The position numbers were made by a program, and so were the translations under genes. Shown here piece by piece: positions 42,449 through 52,317 of a DNA stretch of 64,000 bases. The notes under the pieces are model-generated. The model saw only the letters and a program-made list of their open reading frames with translations, ran no database searches and was not told where the DNA came from. Each line of letters opens with the position of its first letter. Position 1 is the first letter of the stretch. The stretch spans positions 590,763 to 654,762 of the forward strand of contig JAVBTH010000001.1 in the NCBI GenBank assembly GCA_031556235.1. Direction: 5' to 3'. This DNA comes from Bacilli bacterium. Lineage in GTDB: Bacteria > Bacillota_I > Bacilli_A > RFN20 > CAG-826.

Positions 42449-43657
42449 TTAAAATGTTTTATAGAAGTTATTGTTGTACTTTATAATAATCTCCTTAAGT
42501 TCCTCTAATCCAAGTAATTTAATATTTGTAGTTTGGGCGAGTTCTATGGCCTGTTTGGTGTATGAGGTATTTGTTATTAACCACGCCTCAAACGCTCCTT
42601 CAAGCGATTGTATCGCCTTCAATTCTTTAACTACGGTGCTATTAATAGGATCGTTATGTCTTTTAACTTGTATTACGACATGACCTAAGTTTTGCTCATC
42701 AATAAATGTTAAGTAATTTCCATATTCGGAATTTGATTTTTGAATAATATCAATGTTGTAGATTGATTTAAGTGCCGATTGTACATAACTGCTAAATTTT
42801 GGTCCGCTCATTGTCTCAATTTTTTTTAGACTACTGTCATATACTTTTTCTAAGTGCTCGTATTTTATAAAAGCATCTTTGATCGAGGATACATCTTTAT
42901 ACATTTCGTAGTTGTGTGTAATTTTAAGTAATTCTTCATATTCATTTATTTGCTCTCTACGCGCACGCGTATATAAGGTAAATAGGAATCGCGATTTACT
43001 ATTCAGTATTAACACATAATCAGTTTTTCTTTTTGATTGAGCATCTATTTCAATAATTGGGTCAACATGATCGTAATGAATTACTGAAGGGTTGAGCAAA
43101 TTTGATTCAATTGTAGTTTGTAGCATAATGTCGTTATAAATGAATATGTGCTTTTTGCGTAATCTTATGTGATTATTCGGGCCAAATATTTTTTTAAGAT
43201 ATACATCGCTTAAGTAATGGCTAGTTTTACTAACAAACATTAGCATCAAATCCTTCATTAACATCTTTTCTGATGAATCGATGAACTCACTCATATCAAC
43301 AAGATTTGGAACACTTGGCAGATTATTTAACAATTCAACGACTTCATTTGTATTAAGGCTTCTCTGCATATTTTTAATTTTAAACAATTCACTTACTGAT
43401 TTATTTATAGTGGCAAGCGATTCTAAATTTCTATGTATATAAGCAATGCTTGGCCTTGAAGTAGTCTTAAAGCGAATCTTTTTATCGACTAAGTTCACTT
43501 TATATTTGTTTTCATATGAGATTAATAATTTATTATACTTGTGATATGACAAGTTATGGCGATGTCGGTAAATATATAAGCGAATTAGTAAATAAACTAA
43601 GGAGGTAAATAATAAAACTGATACGGAAATAAGAATTGTCAACTCAATTGCGCCCAT
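42449..43657 (-). CDS. membrane-anchored protein with C-terminal restriction-endonuclease (Mrr_cat, PD-(D/E)xK) domain
   Basis: N-terminal TM helix followed by RHRH, then about 270 aa of unknown domain. The C-terminus FSSYVQSALKSIY...SEYGNYLTFID...GHVVIQVKRHN...V.EL...LITNTSYTKQAIELA matches the Mrr-type pattern. The start could be ATG 43657 or GTG 43669. Confidence 0.65.
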   Translation of the reverse strand: MGAIELTILISVSVLLFTSLVYLLIRLYIYRHRHNLSYHKYNKLLISYENKYKVNLVDKKIRFKTTSRPSIAYIHRNLESLATINKSVSELFKIKNMQRSLNTNEVVELLNNLPSVPNLVDMSEFIDSSEKMLMKDLMLMFVSKTSHYLSDVYLKKIFGPNNHIRLRKKHIFIYNDIMLQTTIESNLLNPSVIHYDHVDPIIEIDAQSKRKTDYVLILNSKSRFLFTLYTRARREQINEYEELLKITHNYEMYKDVSSIKDAFIKYEHLEKVYDSSLKKIETMSGPKFSSYVQSALKSIYNIDIIQKSNSEYGNYLTFIDEQNLGHVVIQVKRHNDPINSTVVKELKAIQSLEGAFEAWLITNTSYTKQAIELAQTTNIKLLGLEELKEIIIKYNNNFYKTF

Positions 43658-43720
43658 ATATTTATTCACCGCCCTCTATAAAATATTATAACTGATAGTA
43701 AAAGGAAATATAAGACTTGA

Positions 43721-43751
43721 AAAAAAGAAGTTATACCGATTGGTATAACTT
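43721..43751 (-). terminator. intrinsic terminator after the ABC operon
   Basis: 10-bp stem AAGTTATACC/GGTATAACTT with a 4-nt loop, flanked by A/T runs. Confidence 0.85.
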
Positions 43752-43758
43752 TTTTGAA

Positions 43759-44538
43759 TTATTCTACATCAATTTTAAAGTCCATTAGATAAGTAGTTAA
43801 GAAGAAGCCTCCGATTATAAATGCAAGGTTGAATACTATCTCAATTAGAGCATTAACTAAATATGCATCGGTGTTCACACAAGCTTTAGCCGCTACGATA
43901 AGTACTCGGGATGCTAGTAAATAAAGAATGAATACCACAACAGTGCGACCAGCATTGGTTTTTCTAGTAATATTAGAATGGACGGTTGAAGAACTAAGGG
44001 GAATAAGGATTATAAACCAAAGACTGGATAGAATGAACGAAACTATAGATAACGTTCTAACTAATGTATCGGATACATTAGTAACATCAACGCCAGATGT
44101 CCAAATGAATAATAAGATATCAAACATTCCAAGTAAGGAAGAAATGCTTTCGTTAAATATATGTGACATTTCTAAAACCATTATAAATCCGCCTAAACTA
44201 ACTGATATAGTATAAACGGTAAGCCATAGAGTTCCAGTAAGTATTTTTGAAAATAATATTTCTTTACTTGTCGCGGGAAGTGTAAAGGTCAAATAGCCTT
44301 CTGATTTATAGAATGAATCATGTAATGACTTAGAAATTTTAACAAACATAAATGCTGAACTGAAAAGCATAACTATTACAAAAAGCAACAGGAAAAGAAT
44401 TGGCAAAAGTATGTTTGTGCTATCCACTTCCATAAACATCAAAGGTAATGTAGACATCGCAACAAGAGATATTAAGGACAAAAATAGAAATACTTTATAA
44501 GAATTCTTTATGTCATGCTTGAGTAGTTTTCTTAACAT
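43759..44538 (-). CDS. ABC-2-type transporter permease (hypothetical)
   Basis: 6-TM protein translationally coupled (7-nt overlap) to the upstream ATPase gene. Confidence 0.6.
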   Translation of the reverse strand: MLRKLLKHDIKNSYKVFLFLSLISLVAMSTLPLMFMEVDSTNILLPILFLLLFVIVMLFSSAFMFVKISKSLHDSFYKSEGYLTFTLPATSKEILFSKILTGTLWLTVYTISVSLGGFIMVLEMSHIFNESISSLLGMFDILLFIWTSGVDVTNVSDTLVRTLSIVSFILSSLWFIILIPLSSSTVHSNITRKTNAGRTVVVFILYLLASRVLIVAAKACVNTDAYLVNALIEIVFNLAFIIGGFFLTTYLMDFKIDVE

Positions 44539-45233
44539 TTGAATACCTCCTTAAATAATTCATTAATAGATTTTTGATGAATTTCTTTTAAAGTAGAGGT
44601 AATCTCATTAACAACGATATTGCCGTTTTTTAGAAAAATTACGCGATCAAGAATCGGCTCTATATCCTCAAGTAAATGAGTGCTTACAATGACTAAGGCA
44701 TCTTTAGCGTAGTTTCCTAAGATAGTTTCGATAATAAACTCTCTAGCTGCAGGATCGACGCCACCAATTGGTTCGTCGAGAATGTAAATCATAGCCTTGC
44801 GGGAAAGAACAAGTGCTAATTGCATTTTTTCTTTGTTACCTTTAGACAGTGCTTTAATTTTTACATTTGTGTCAATTTTCATGCGATTAAGCAGAGAATG
44901 CATCGTGTCCTTATTAAAATCCCTATACATATCTGCGAATAAAGCAATCGCGTCCGCAACCTTTATCTCGAGAGGTAAATATGTATTATCAGGTAAATAA
45001 CTTACGATTGATTTTGTATATGGGTCTACTGCGTGTCCATCAATTAAAACATTGCCTTCATAATTCTTTAGTAAACCATTTAGTATTTTAATTAATGTAG
45101 TCTTACCAGAACCGTTGGGACCAATTAATCCTACGATTTGGCCTCCATGAAGAGATAAATTAATATTATCAAGTGCAAAAAAACTAGATTCTTTATATTT
45201 TTTTGATAAATTCTTTATTTCAATTAACGCCAT
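44532..45233 (-). CDS. ABC transporter ATP-binding protein (YtrB-like)
   Basis: Walker A GPNGSGKTT, variant signature LSKGNKEK and Walker B ILDEP. SD GGAGG precedes ATG 45233. Confidence 0.9.
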   Translation of the reverse strand: MALIEIKNLSKKYKESSFFALDNINLSLHGGQIVGLIGPNGSGKTTLIKILNGLLKNYEGNVLIDGHAVDPYTKSIVSYLPDNTYLPLEIKVADAIALFADMYRDFNKDTMHSLLNRMKIDTNVKIKALSKGNKEKMQLALVLSRKAMIYILDEPIGGVDPAAREFIIETILGNYAKDALVIVSTHLLEDIEPILDRVIFLKNGNIVVNEITSTLKEIHQKSINELFKEVFKC

Positions 45234-45450
45234 AAAATGCCTCCTATATATAAGATATATTACCATATTATAGGTAATAAGTGGTAACCATGATAATTAA
45301 AAGAAAGCAAATAATTGTCGCTCGTCTTTCTACTTAAATGAGGGTGAGAAGTATATGTTTTAAAACAGTCGCAAATTTATTTCTTATGGTAATAATATTC
45401 GCATGAAGAAAAAAATCGTGGTATAATTAACAAAGTTAAGAGGTGGCAAT

Positions 45451-45924
45451 ATGAAACGATTAGATTATATAACTTGGGATGAATATTTTATGGGGATTGC
45501 TAAACTTTCTGCACAAAGAAGTAAAGACCCATCAACACAAGTGGGAGCTTGTATTGTAAGTGAAGATAATAAAGTAGTGAGTATTGGCTACAATGGTATG
45601 CCTTGTGGGTGTAATGACGATGATATGCCATGGCTTAATGGTGAAGAACTAGAATCTAAGTATCTATATGTTTGCCACGCAGAATTTAACGCAATACTTA
45701 ATAGCCCAACTCCAGTGTTAAAAGGGACTAAATTGTATGTTACTTTGTTTCCATGTAATGAATGCGCTAAAGCAGTTATTCAGTCGGGAATTAAGGAAAT
45801 AATCTTTTTAGATGATAAATATCATGACACTATCGAGTGTCGTGCTAGTAGAAGAATGTTTGACCTTGCCAAGGTAAAATACCACAAGTTTGCTGGTAAA
45901 ATTTTAGAAATATCGGTAAAGTAA
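45451..45924 (+). CDS. comEB: dCMP deaminase
   Basis: Zinc motifs CHAEFNAI and PCNECAK. Confidence 0.9.
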   Translation: MKRLDYITWDEYFMGIAKLSAQRSKDPSTQVGACIVSEDNKVVSIGYNGMPCGCNDDDMPWLNGEELESKYLYVCHAEFNAILNSPTPVLKGTKLYVTLFPCNECAKAVIQSGIKEIIFLDDKYHDTIECRASRRMFDLAKVKYHKFAGKILEISVK

Positions 45925-45925
45925 T

Positions 45926-46141
45926 ATGAATAAAAAGAAAAAAGGTGTTGGGCGTCGATTCGTACTACTTCTCATTGTTTATGCGATGCTTGTAGGCGTA
46001 ATTGTTGCCGGACTTGCTGATATGTTTCCTAAAGGTTTCAGTGAATTATGGGTTAAACTTCTTGTCGCAGGCGTCGCGGTAGGTTTGTTTTTGATGCTAT
46101 TTTTATACGTTGAACATTTAAATGATAAAAAAGGGAGGTAA
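45926..46141 (+). CDS. small 2-TM membrane protein
   Basis: 71 aa, tightly packed between comEB and ecfA1. Confidence 0.45.
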   Translation: MNKKKKGVGRRFVLLLIVYAMLVGVIVAGLADMFPKGFSELWVKLLVAGVAVGLFLMLFLYVEHLNDKKGR

Positions 46142-46145
46142 CTAA

Positions 46146-46958
46146 ATGGATATTCTGAAGATAAAGGATTTATGCTTTAGTTACGATGGAGAAAAGGAAG
46201 CCTTACATAATGTTTCATTTACGATAAAAGAAGGGCAATATGTCGCTATTTTGGGACATAATGGAAGTGGAAAATCTACACTCGCCAAATTAATCATCGG
46301 GTTATTGGAGAAAAAAAGCGGTGAAATAGTTTTTTGTGATGAAGAAATTACTTCTAAAAATATTTTAAAAATTAGAAATCGTATAGGTATTGTCTTTCAA
46401 AATCCAGACAACCAGTTTATTGGTGCGACAGTTCGAGATGATATAGCGTTTGGCTTAGAAAATCGTCAAGTACCGCATAATCAGATGGAGAATATAGTTG
46501 AAGAGTTTGCAAGAAAAGTTAAAATGGAAAAATTTCTTGATCAAGAGCCAAGTAAGTTATCAGGTGGTCAAAAACAAAGGGTTGCAATCGCTGGTGCCTT
46601 AGCAATGAAACCGGATATGATTATTTTTGATGAGGCTACGGTTATGTTAGATCCAAAAGGAAAGCAAGAAATTCGCTCATTAATATTGGAAATGCGCAAA
46701 GAAAATCCTAGATTGACTGTGTTATCAATTACCCATGATATTGAGGAAGCCGCTACAAGTGATGAAGTCATTGTTCTTAATGAAGGAAAGATTTATTTAA
46801 ATGGCTTGCCGCATGAGATTTTTGAACTAGGTGAAAAACTTGTTAAAGTTGGGTTAGATAGACCTTTCATTGCTCACTTAGAAGATGCACTTCGTAGATG
46901 TGGGCTAGATTGTCATGCAAAAAATATAGAAGAGTTGGTGGATGAAATATGCCAATAG
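46146..46958 (+). CDS. ecfA1: ECF transporter ATPase component A1
   Basis: GHNGSGKST, LSGGQKQRVAIA, IFDEAT. Confidence 0.9.
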   Translation: MDILKIKDLCFSYDGEKEALHNVSFTIKEGQYVAILGHNGSGKSTLAKLIIGLLEKKSGEIVFCDEEITSKNILKIRNRIGIVFQNPDNQFIGATVRDDIAFGLENRQVPHNQMENIVEEFARKVKMEKFLDQEPSKLSGGQKQRVAIAGALAMKPDMIIFDEATVMLDPKGKQEIRSLILEMRKENPRLTVLSITHDIEEAATSDEVIVLNEGKIYLNGLPHEIFELGEKLVKVGLDRPFIAHLEDALRRCGLDCHAKNIEELVDEICQ

Positions 46959-47809
46959 AATTTAAAAATGTATTTCATATATACTCTAAAAACTCACCTT
47001 TTGAGCAAATTGGGTTAGATGATATTAATCTTAAACTTGATGGTGAGCATCATTTTGTCGCGCTTGTTGGACATACCGGAAGTGGAAAATCTACACTTGC
47101 TCAACATATCAATGGATTACTTATTCCAACAAGTGGAGAAATTGAAATTGAACAATTTAAAATAACTAGTAAAAAGAAAAAGAATCGCAATGTTAAGGAA
47201 TTAAGAAAACACGCCGGACTTGTTTTTCAATTTCCCGAATATCAATTATTTGAAGATACTGTTTTAAAAGATATTGCATTCGGTCCTAAAAATTTCGGAG
47301 ACGATATTGAAACTGCAAAAACCAAGGCAAAAGCAGCCTTAAATAGTGTTGGAATAGGTGAAGAGTATTATGACCGTTCACCGTTTGAGTTAAGTGGCGG
47401 AGAAAAAAGAAGAGTCGCTATCGCGGGAATTATTGCAATTAAACCGGCTTTATTAATTCTTGATGAACCAACGGCGGGATTAGATCCAAAAGGCGTCAAG
47501 CAATTAATGCAACTATTTAAACTTATTCAAGCTTCTGGAACTAACATAATTTTTATTACCCATAACATGGACCAAGTTCTAGAATATTGTGATTATGGGA
47601 TAGTGATGCAAGATGGCAAAATTGTTAGAACGGCCACGCCAATAGAATTATTTAGTGATGATTTGATAGCTAATTTATCTCTTGAAATGCCTATGGTTTA
47701 TGATGTGGCAAAAAAACTTATCGCTAAAGGAATGAATTTAGATCTTAGTAAGATTCACAATGTTGATTCACTAGCGCTTGAAATAGCAAAAGCGAGGGGA
47801 AAAATATGA
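46949..47809 (+). CDS. ecfA2: ECF transporter ATPase component A2
   Basis: GHTGSGKST, LSGGEKRRVAIA, ILDEPT. Confidence 0.9.
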   Translation: MPIEFKNVFHIYSKNSPFEQIGLDDINLKLDGEHHFVALVGHTGSGKSTLAQHINGLLIPTSGEIEIEQFKITSKKKKNRNVKELRKHAGLVFQFPEYQLFEDTVLKDIAFGPKNFGDDIETAKTKAKAALNSVGIGEEYYDRSPFELSGGEKRRVAIAGIIAIKPALLILDEPTAGLDPKGVKQLMQLFKLIQASGTNIIFITHNMDQVLEYCDYGIVMQDGKIVRTATPIELFSDDLIANLSLEMPMVYDVAKKLIAKGMNLDLSKIHNVDSLALEIAKARGKI

Positions 47810-48666
47810 ATAATATCACCCTAGGCCGCTACGTTCCTCATAATTCTTTTATTCATCGATTAGATCCAAGAAGCAAATTACTAGGAATGATTTTGTTGAT
47901 GACGACGATTTTTATAAGATTTACTAATGTAGCAACGAATTTTATTATTTATGGAGTAATCGCGGTTATTATCTTTGCTTTAATGATAATTGCAAAAGTC
48001 TCATTTAAATCTTTTTTTAAATCACTAAAGTCCCTTTGGATAATGGTGATATTCTTACTTATTATTAATCTTTTGATACCTAACACTGGCGAATTTTTCA
48101 TGGTTTTTAAAACAATTAAAATCTACTACAATGCCTTATATCAGACAGGATATATATTTTTAAGATTAATTTTAATGCTCAGTTTGACTACGATATTAAC
48201 AACTACGACTAGACCAATGGATTTAACATATGGACTTGAATGGTTTATTAGCCCATTAAAAATAGTGAGATTTCCTGTTCATGAAACCGCAATGACGATC
48301 AGCTTGGCTTTGAGATTTATTCCAACTCTTTTAGATGAAACAGATCGAATAATGAAAGCACAAGCAAGTCGCGGTGTTGATTTTGTAAATGGCAAGATTA
48401 GAGAAAAGCTTAGAGCATTAGTCTCTTTAATTGTTCCTTTATTTATTTCTGCTTTACAGCGTAGCGAAGAATTAGCGAACGCTATGGAGGCAAGAGGCTA
48501 TAATCCATCTGGAAAAAGAACAAGATACCGTATTATGTCGTGGAGAATGCGCGATACTTTTTCAGTCTTATTTTTAATGGCTTTATTAGCAGCTGTCATT
48601 TATATATCAGTAGACAAAATCGATTTAGTATTAGTTTTTTCTTCTTTGTTTAAAGGAGGAAATTAA
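47806..48666 (+). CDS. ecfT: ECF transporter transmembrane component T
   Basis: Polytopic protein with KAQASRGVDF and ANAMEARGY (the two ARG coupling motifs). Confidence 0.9.
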   Translation: MNNITLGRYVPHNSFIHRLDPRSKLLGMILLMTTIFIRFTNVATNFIIYGVIAVIIFALMIIAKVSFKSFFKSLKSLWIMVIFLLIINLLIPNTGEFFMVFKTIKIYYNALYQTGYIFLRLILMLSLTTILTTTTRPMDLTYGLEWFISPLKIVRFPVHETAMTISLALRFIPTLLDETDRIMKAQASRGVDFVNGKIREKLRALVSLIVPLFISALQRSEELANAMEARGYNPSGKRTRYRIMSWRMRDTFSVLFLMALLAAVIYISVDKIDLVLVFSSLFKGGN

Positions 48667-48667
48667 T

Positions 48668-49426
48668 ATGCGCATTAAAATGGTGTTTGCCTATGATGGA
48701 CACAACTTTTTTGGATTTCAACGCCAACCGCAAGGAAGAACTATTCAAGGCGAGATTGAAGCGGTTCTATCAAAAATATTTAATGAACAAACTTTAATTA
48801 TTGCTTCGGGCAGAACCGACATTGGTGTTCACGCTCTTGCACAAGTTGCACATTTTGACGTCAATAAAGATGTAGAAGATTTGGGAAAGTTAAGATACTC
48901 GCTTAATCGCTTATTACCTAAAGATATTCATATTAATACCTTAAGTTTTGTAAGCGTGGACTTCCATGCTCGCGCAAGTGCAATTAGTAAAACTTACAGA
49001 TATATTCTCAGTATGGCGGAGGCAAATCCGTTTTACGAGAATTACCGACATGAGCTTAAACTTCAACTAGACATAGAAAAGATGAAAGAAGCTGCAACTA
49101 GTTTTTTAGGCAAGCATTTTTATCGTAATTTTTGTACTAAAGAAGAAACGGACTTGCAAGAATATATACGTGAAATATATAGATTTGATGTAAAAAATGA
49201 TCAAGATATCGTGACCTTTGAGGTAGAAGGTTCGGGATTTATGCGGCATATGGTTCGGATGATGGTTGGAGCTTTAGTGGCTATTGGACTAGGTAAAGAA
49301 AAAGTTGATTTTATTAGTCAAACCTTATTAGCGCCAGTTCATCCAATTAATTATAAAGTACCTGGATGTGGACTTTACTTAGTAGAAGTTCATTATAAAG
49401 AAGGTGAAAATTATGATTCCATATAA
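48668..49426 (+). CDS. truA: tRNA pseudouridine(38-40) synthase
   Basis: Catalytic motif SGRTDIGVHA. Confidence 0.9.
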   Translation: MRIKMVFAYDGHNFFGFQRQPQGRTIQGEIEAVLSKIFNEQTLIIASGRTDIGVHALAQVAHFDVNKDVEDLGKLRYSLNRLLPKDIHINTLSFVSVDFHARASAISKTYRYILSMAEANPFYENYRHELKLQLDIEKMKEAATSFLGKHFYRNFCTKEETDLQEYIREIYRFDVKNDQDIVTFEVEGSGFMRHMVRMMVGALVAIGLGKEKVDFISQTLLAPVHPINYKVPGCGLYLVEVHYKEGENYDSI

Positions 49427-50195
49427 TTTTCATACACACACAAAAAGATGTGGACACGCGGTAGGAGAAGACGAAGACTACGTGATTGAAGCCATTGCAG
49501 CGGGGGTAAGAGTATTAGGGTTTAGTGATCATATCATGCAACCTGGTGTCGTTCAAAATGGAATAAGGGGCACATTTGATGAATTGCCAGGGTATTTAGA
49601 AAGTATTCGAAGTTTAAAACATAAATATCAAGATAGAATCAAGATTATGATTGGTTTTGAGGCCGAATATGCAGTTGCTTTTGTAGATTTTTATAAAGAG
49701 TTATTAGAGACAAAACAAGTCGATTATTTGATATTAGGACAACATTATAAATATCGTGAAAAAACGATCATCAATTATTTTGGCAATGCCCATGAAAAAG
49801 AATCACTTTATGAATATCGTGACTTAGTCGTTGCGGCTCTTCATAGCGGAATGTTTAAATGTGTCGCTCATCCAGATTTATATATGGCAAGCTATACAAG
49901 TTTTGATACTCACGCCAAAAAAGTGGCGATTGATATTTGCAAAGCATCACTAGAAACAGATGTTCCTTTAGAAATTAATTTAGCAGGACTTCGTTATGGC
50001 CTAAGGACAATTGGGGGGATACAGCGTTATACATATCCGTTTACGCAATTTTGGAAAGTAGCTGCAAAAATGGGCTGTAAAGTGATTATAGGAGTCGATG
50101 CACATAATCCTAACGACTTTAAAACCAACGAATATAGCATTGCGCTTAAACTTATCCGCGAACTAGGATTAAATCATGTATCTAGTATTTTGTAG
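49413..50195 (+). CDS. PHP-family histidinol-phosphatase-like hydrolase
   Basis: FHTHTKRCGHA N-terminal metal motif plus downstream H/D/E ligands. ATG 49413 follows SD AAGGTG. Confidence 0.7.
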   Translation: MIPYNFHTHTKRCGHAVGEDEDYVIEAIAAGVRVLGFSDHIMQPGVVQNGIRGTFDELPGYLESIRSLKHKYQDRIKIMIGFEAEYAVAFVDFYKELLETKQVDYLILGQHYKYREKTIINYFGNAHEKESLYEYRDLVVAALHSGMFKCVAHPDLYMASYTSFDTHAKKVAIDICKASLETDVPLEINLAGLRYGLRTIGGIQRYTYPFTQFWKVAAKMGCKVIIGVDAHNPNDFKTNEYSIALKLIRELGLNHVSSIL

Positions 50196-50271
50196 AAATA
50201 TGAGCAAATATTTGCTTAAAAACGCATAAGTAGTTATTATATATTAAGAATTAAAGAAAAAAGGTGAAAAT

Positions 50272-50988
50272 ATGGGAAGAGCGTATGAAGTAAGAAAGAA
50301 TTCAATGGCGGCATCTGCAGCAAAAAAATCCGCTTTGTTTATGCGTGCCAGTAAAGAGATTTATATGGCGGCAAAATCTGGCGAGCCAAATCCAGATTCA
50401 AACTTAACATTAAGAAGCGCGATTGAAAAATATAAAGGCATGAGTATTCCTAAAGATGTCGTGGAAAGAGCGATTAAAAAAGCACAAGGTGGCGTTGATG
50501 AAACTTATGTTGCGGGACGCTATGAAGGCATCGCTCAAGGTGGAGCTTATGTTGTAATTGATACACTTTCAGATAACCCTACTAGAGCTTTTGTTGAAGT
50601 TAGAACTCTAGTAACCAAAAAAGGTGGACGTTTAGGTGTGCCAGGATCAGTGGCTTTTAATTTTACAGAAGTTGGCTTGATAGTCATTGCAACCGATAAA
50701 TATAGCGAAATTGAAGAAGCATTAATACTTGGAGATGTTGAAATTATTGAGGTTATTAACGATGAAGGACAAGTCGTCGTAAAAACTGCACCAACTGCAC
50801 TTAATGCCGCGAAGATTGTAATTAATGATTTAGGAATTACCGAGTTTGAGGTTTTCGAGATAACGATGTTGCCTAATGAACTTGTAAAACTTACCGGCGA
50901 AGATTTAGATAAATTTAAACAAGTTATTGATGGACTTGAAGAATTACAAGACGTGCAAAACATCTACCATAACGTTGAATTAGAATAA
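50272..50988 (+). CDS. yebC: YebC/PmpR (TACO1) family transcriptional/translational regulator
   Basis: 238 aa with the family-typical N-terminus MGRAYEVRKNSMAASAAKKS..F.R..KEI..A. Confidence 0.88.
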   Translation: MGRAYEVRKNSMAASAAKKSALFMRASKEIYMAAKSGEPNPDSNLTLRSAIEKYKGMSIPKDVVERAIKKAQGGVDETYVAGRYEGIAQGGAYVVIDTLSDNPTRAFVEVRTLVTKKGGRLGVPGSVAFNFTEVGLIVIATDKYSEIEEALILGDVEIIEVINDEGQVVVKTAPTALNAAKIVINDLGITEFEVFEITMLPNELVKLTGEDLDKFKQVIDGLEELQDVQNIYHNVELE

Positions 50989-50999
50989 ATAAAATTACT

Positions 51000-51023
51000 G
51001 CGACTCATTAAAGTCGCTTTTTT
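51000..51023 (+). terminator. intrinsic terminator after yebC
   Basis: GCGACT-CATTAA-AGTCGC followed by T6. Confidence 0.8.
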
Positions 51024-51090
51024 GATGGAGATGCACGCGACTGTTTAAAAAAAATATTGCATATGGCATAATAGTTAAGAGGGCTAAAAC

Positions 51091-52254
51091 ATGATAATTG
51101 ACATAATAAGAGTGCGTAACGCTTTAAGTAATGAAGCAGAAGTTGAAGCAGATAATACAAAGTTCCTGAAGTCTTTATTTTTAGGCACTGAAATTAGAAT
51201 TGGCACAAATGATAAACAAGATTTTTCGTTATTGCTAATTGAAACCGGAGGAACAGAAGAAAAGTTTGTTAAATTGCTCCCAAGTTTGAAAAAGAATATT
51301 TATCTTCTGACCAATGGAAATAACAATTCTCTAGCGGCTTCTTTAGAAATTCTTACCTATCTACAAAGAATGAATTATTCTGGTGAGGTTATTCATGGTG
51401 ATGTTTTAACTGTTAGAAATAAAATAATTTCTATTTCTAAAAAGCAAAAACAAGATTCTCGTAAGATAGAAAAATTAGGAGTTGTTGGTAAACCTTCCAA
51501 TTGGTTAATAGCGAGTGATGTAAATCGGGAAGCTCTTCTTCAAAAGTTTTCAGTTGAATTAGTTGATATTTCGATGGACGAATTTAAAGAAGAAATTGAT
51601 AAAAATCAATATACTGATAATAAATATACGCTTGAATTAAAAGGTAAAGCGTTTAATAAAAGAGTGCTTGAGAAGGCACTACAAATCTATGGTGCACTGA
51701 AAAGAATAATCGTTAAATATGAGTTAGTAGGACTAACTGTAAGGTGCTTTGATCTTCTAAGTATTTATAAGAATACATCTTGTTTAGCTTTAGCAATATT
51801 AAATTCAGAAGGATATGTGGCCACTTGTGAAGGCGACACAACGACGATGATTACGATGTATGTAGTTAGAAAAGAACTCGGATTAGCATCATTTCAAGCC
51901 AATCCTTCAAGAATTGATGTTGAAAATAAAACCGCTGTCTTTGCGCATTGTACATTGCCGCTATCGATGACAAACGAATATTGCTTAAATACGCACTTTG
52001 AGTCTGATTTAGGTGTTGCAGTAAAAGGTGAAATGAAAATTGGAGACATAACATTATTAAAACTCAATTCTGAATTAAGCGAACTTTTCATTGTCGAAGG
52101 CGTAATTATAAAAAATTTAGCTTCTTCACAATTATGCCGGACGCAAATTGAGATGAGATTTGATGAAGATATATCAAAACTATTAACTAAACCAAATGGT
52201 AATCATCATGTTGTCGTGTATGGACGTCACAAGGAAAAGTTAATTAAAATTTAA
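51091..52254 (+). CDS. L-fucose/L-arabinose isomerase-like family protein (tentative)
   Basis: 387 aa. An N-terminal flavodoxin-like swivel region and a central TCEGDTTTMITMYV resemble COG2407-type sugar isomerases. This is recognition from memory only. Confidence 0.4.
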   Translation: MIIDIIRVRNALSNEAEVEADNTKFLKSLFLGTEIRIGTNDKQDFSLLLIETGGTEEKFVKLLPSLKKNIYLLTNGNNNSLAASLEILTYLQRMNYSGEVIHGDVLTVRNKIISISKKQKQDSRKIEKLGVVGKPSNWLIASDVNREALLQKFSVELVDISMDEFKEEIDKNQYTDNKYTLELKGKAFNKRVLEKALQIYGALKRIIVKYELVGLTVRCFDLLSIYKNTSCLALAILNSEGYVATCEGDTTTMITMYVVRKELGLASFQANPSRIDVENKTAVFAHCTLPLSMTNEYCLNTHFESDLGVAVKGEMKIGDITLLKLNSELSELFIVEGVIIKNLASSQLCRTQIEMRFDEDISKLLTKPNGNHHVVVYGRHKEKLIKI

Positions 52255-52317
52255 GGCTATGGAATAATTTCGGATAGCGAAAAAAGATGCAGAATGCTTA
52301 AAAGGGGGGAACGTTAT

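Noticed and set aside
43670-45266. Asked whether the ABC ATPase/permease pair works together with the adjacent Mrr-like nuclease as one system.
   Set aside because: A strong 10-bp-stem terminator (43721-43751) separates them, and the nuclease gene has its own -10/SD region. The ATPase (variant signature LSKGNKEK) looks like an ordinary YtrB-type exporter component.
50203-50216. Perfect 14-nt palindrome AGCAAATATTTGCT between the PHP phosphatase gene and yebC.
   Set aside because: It is too short and has no U-run, so it is not a confident terminator. It could be an operator, but a single AT-rich palindrome of this size is expected by chance in this genome.
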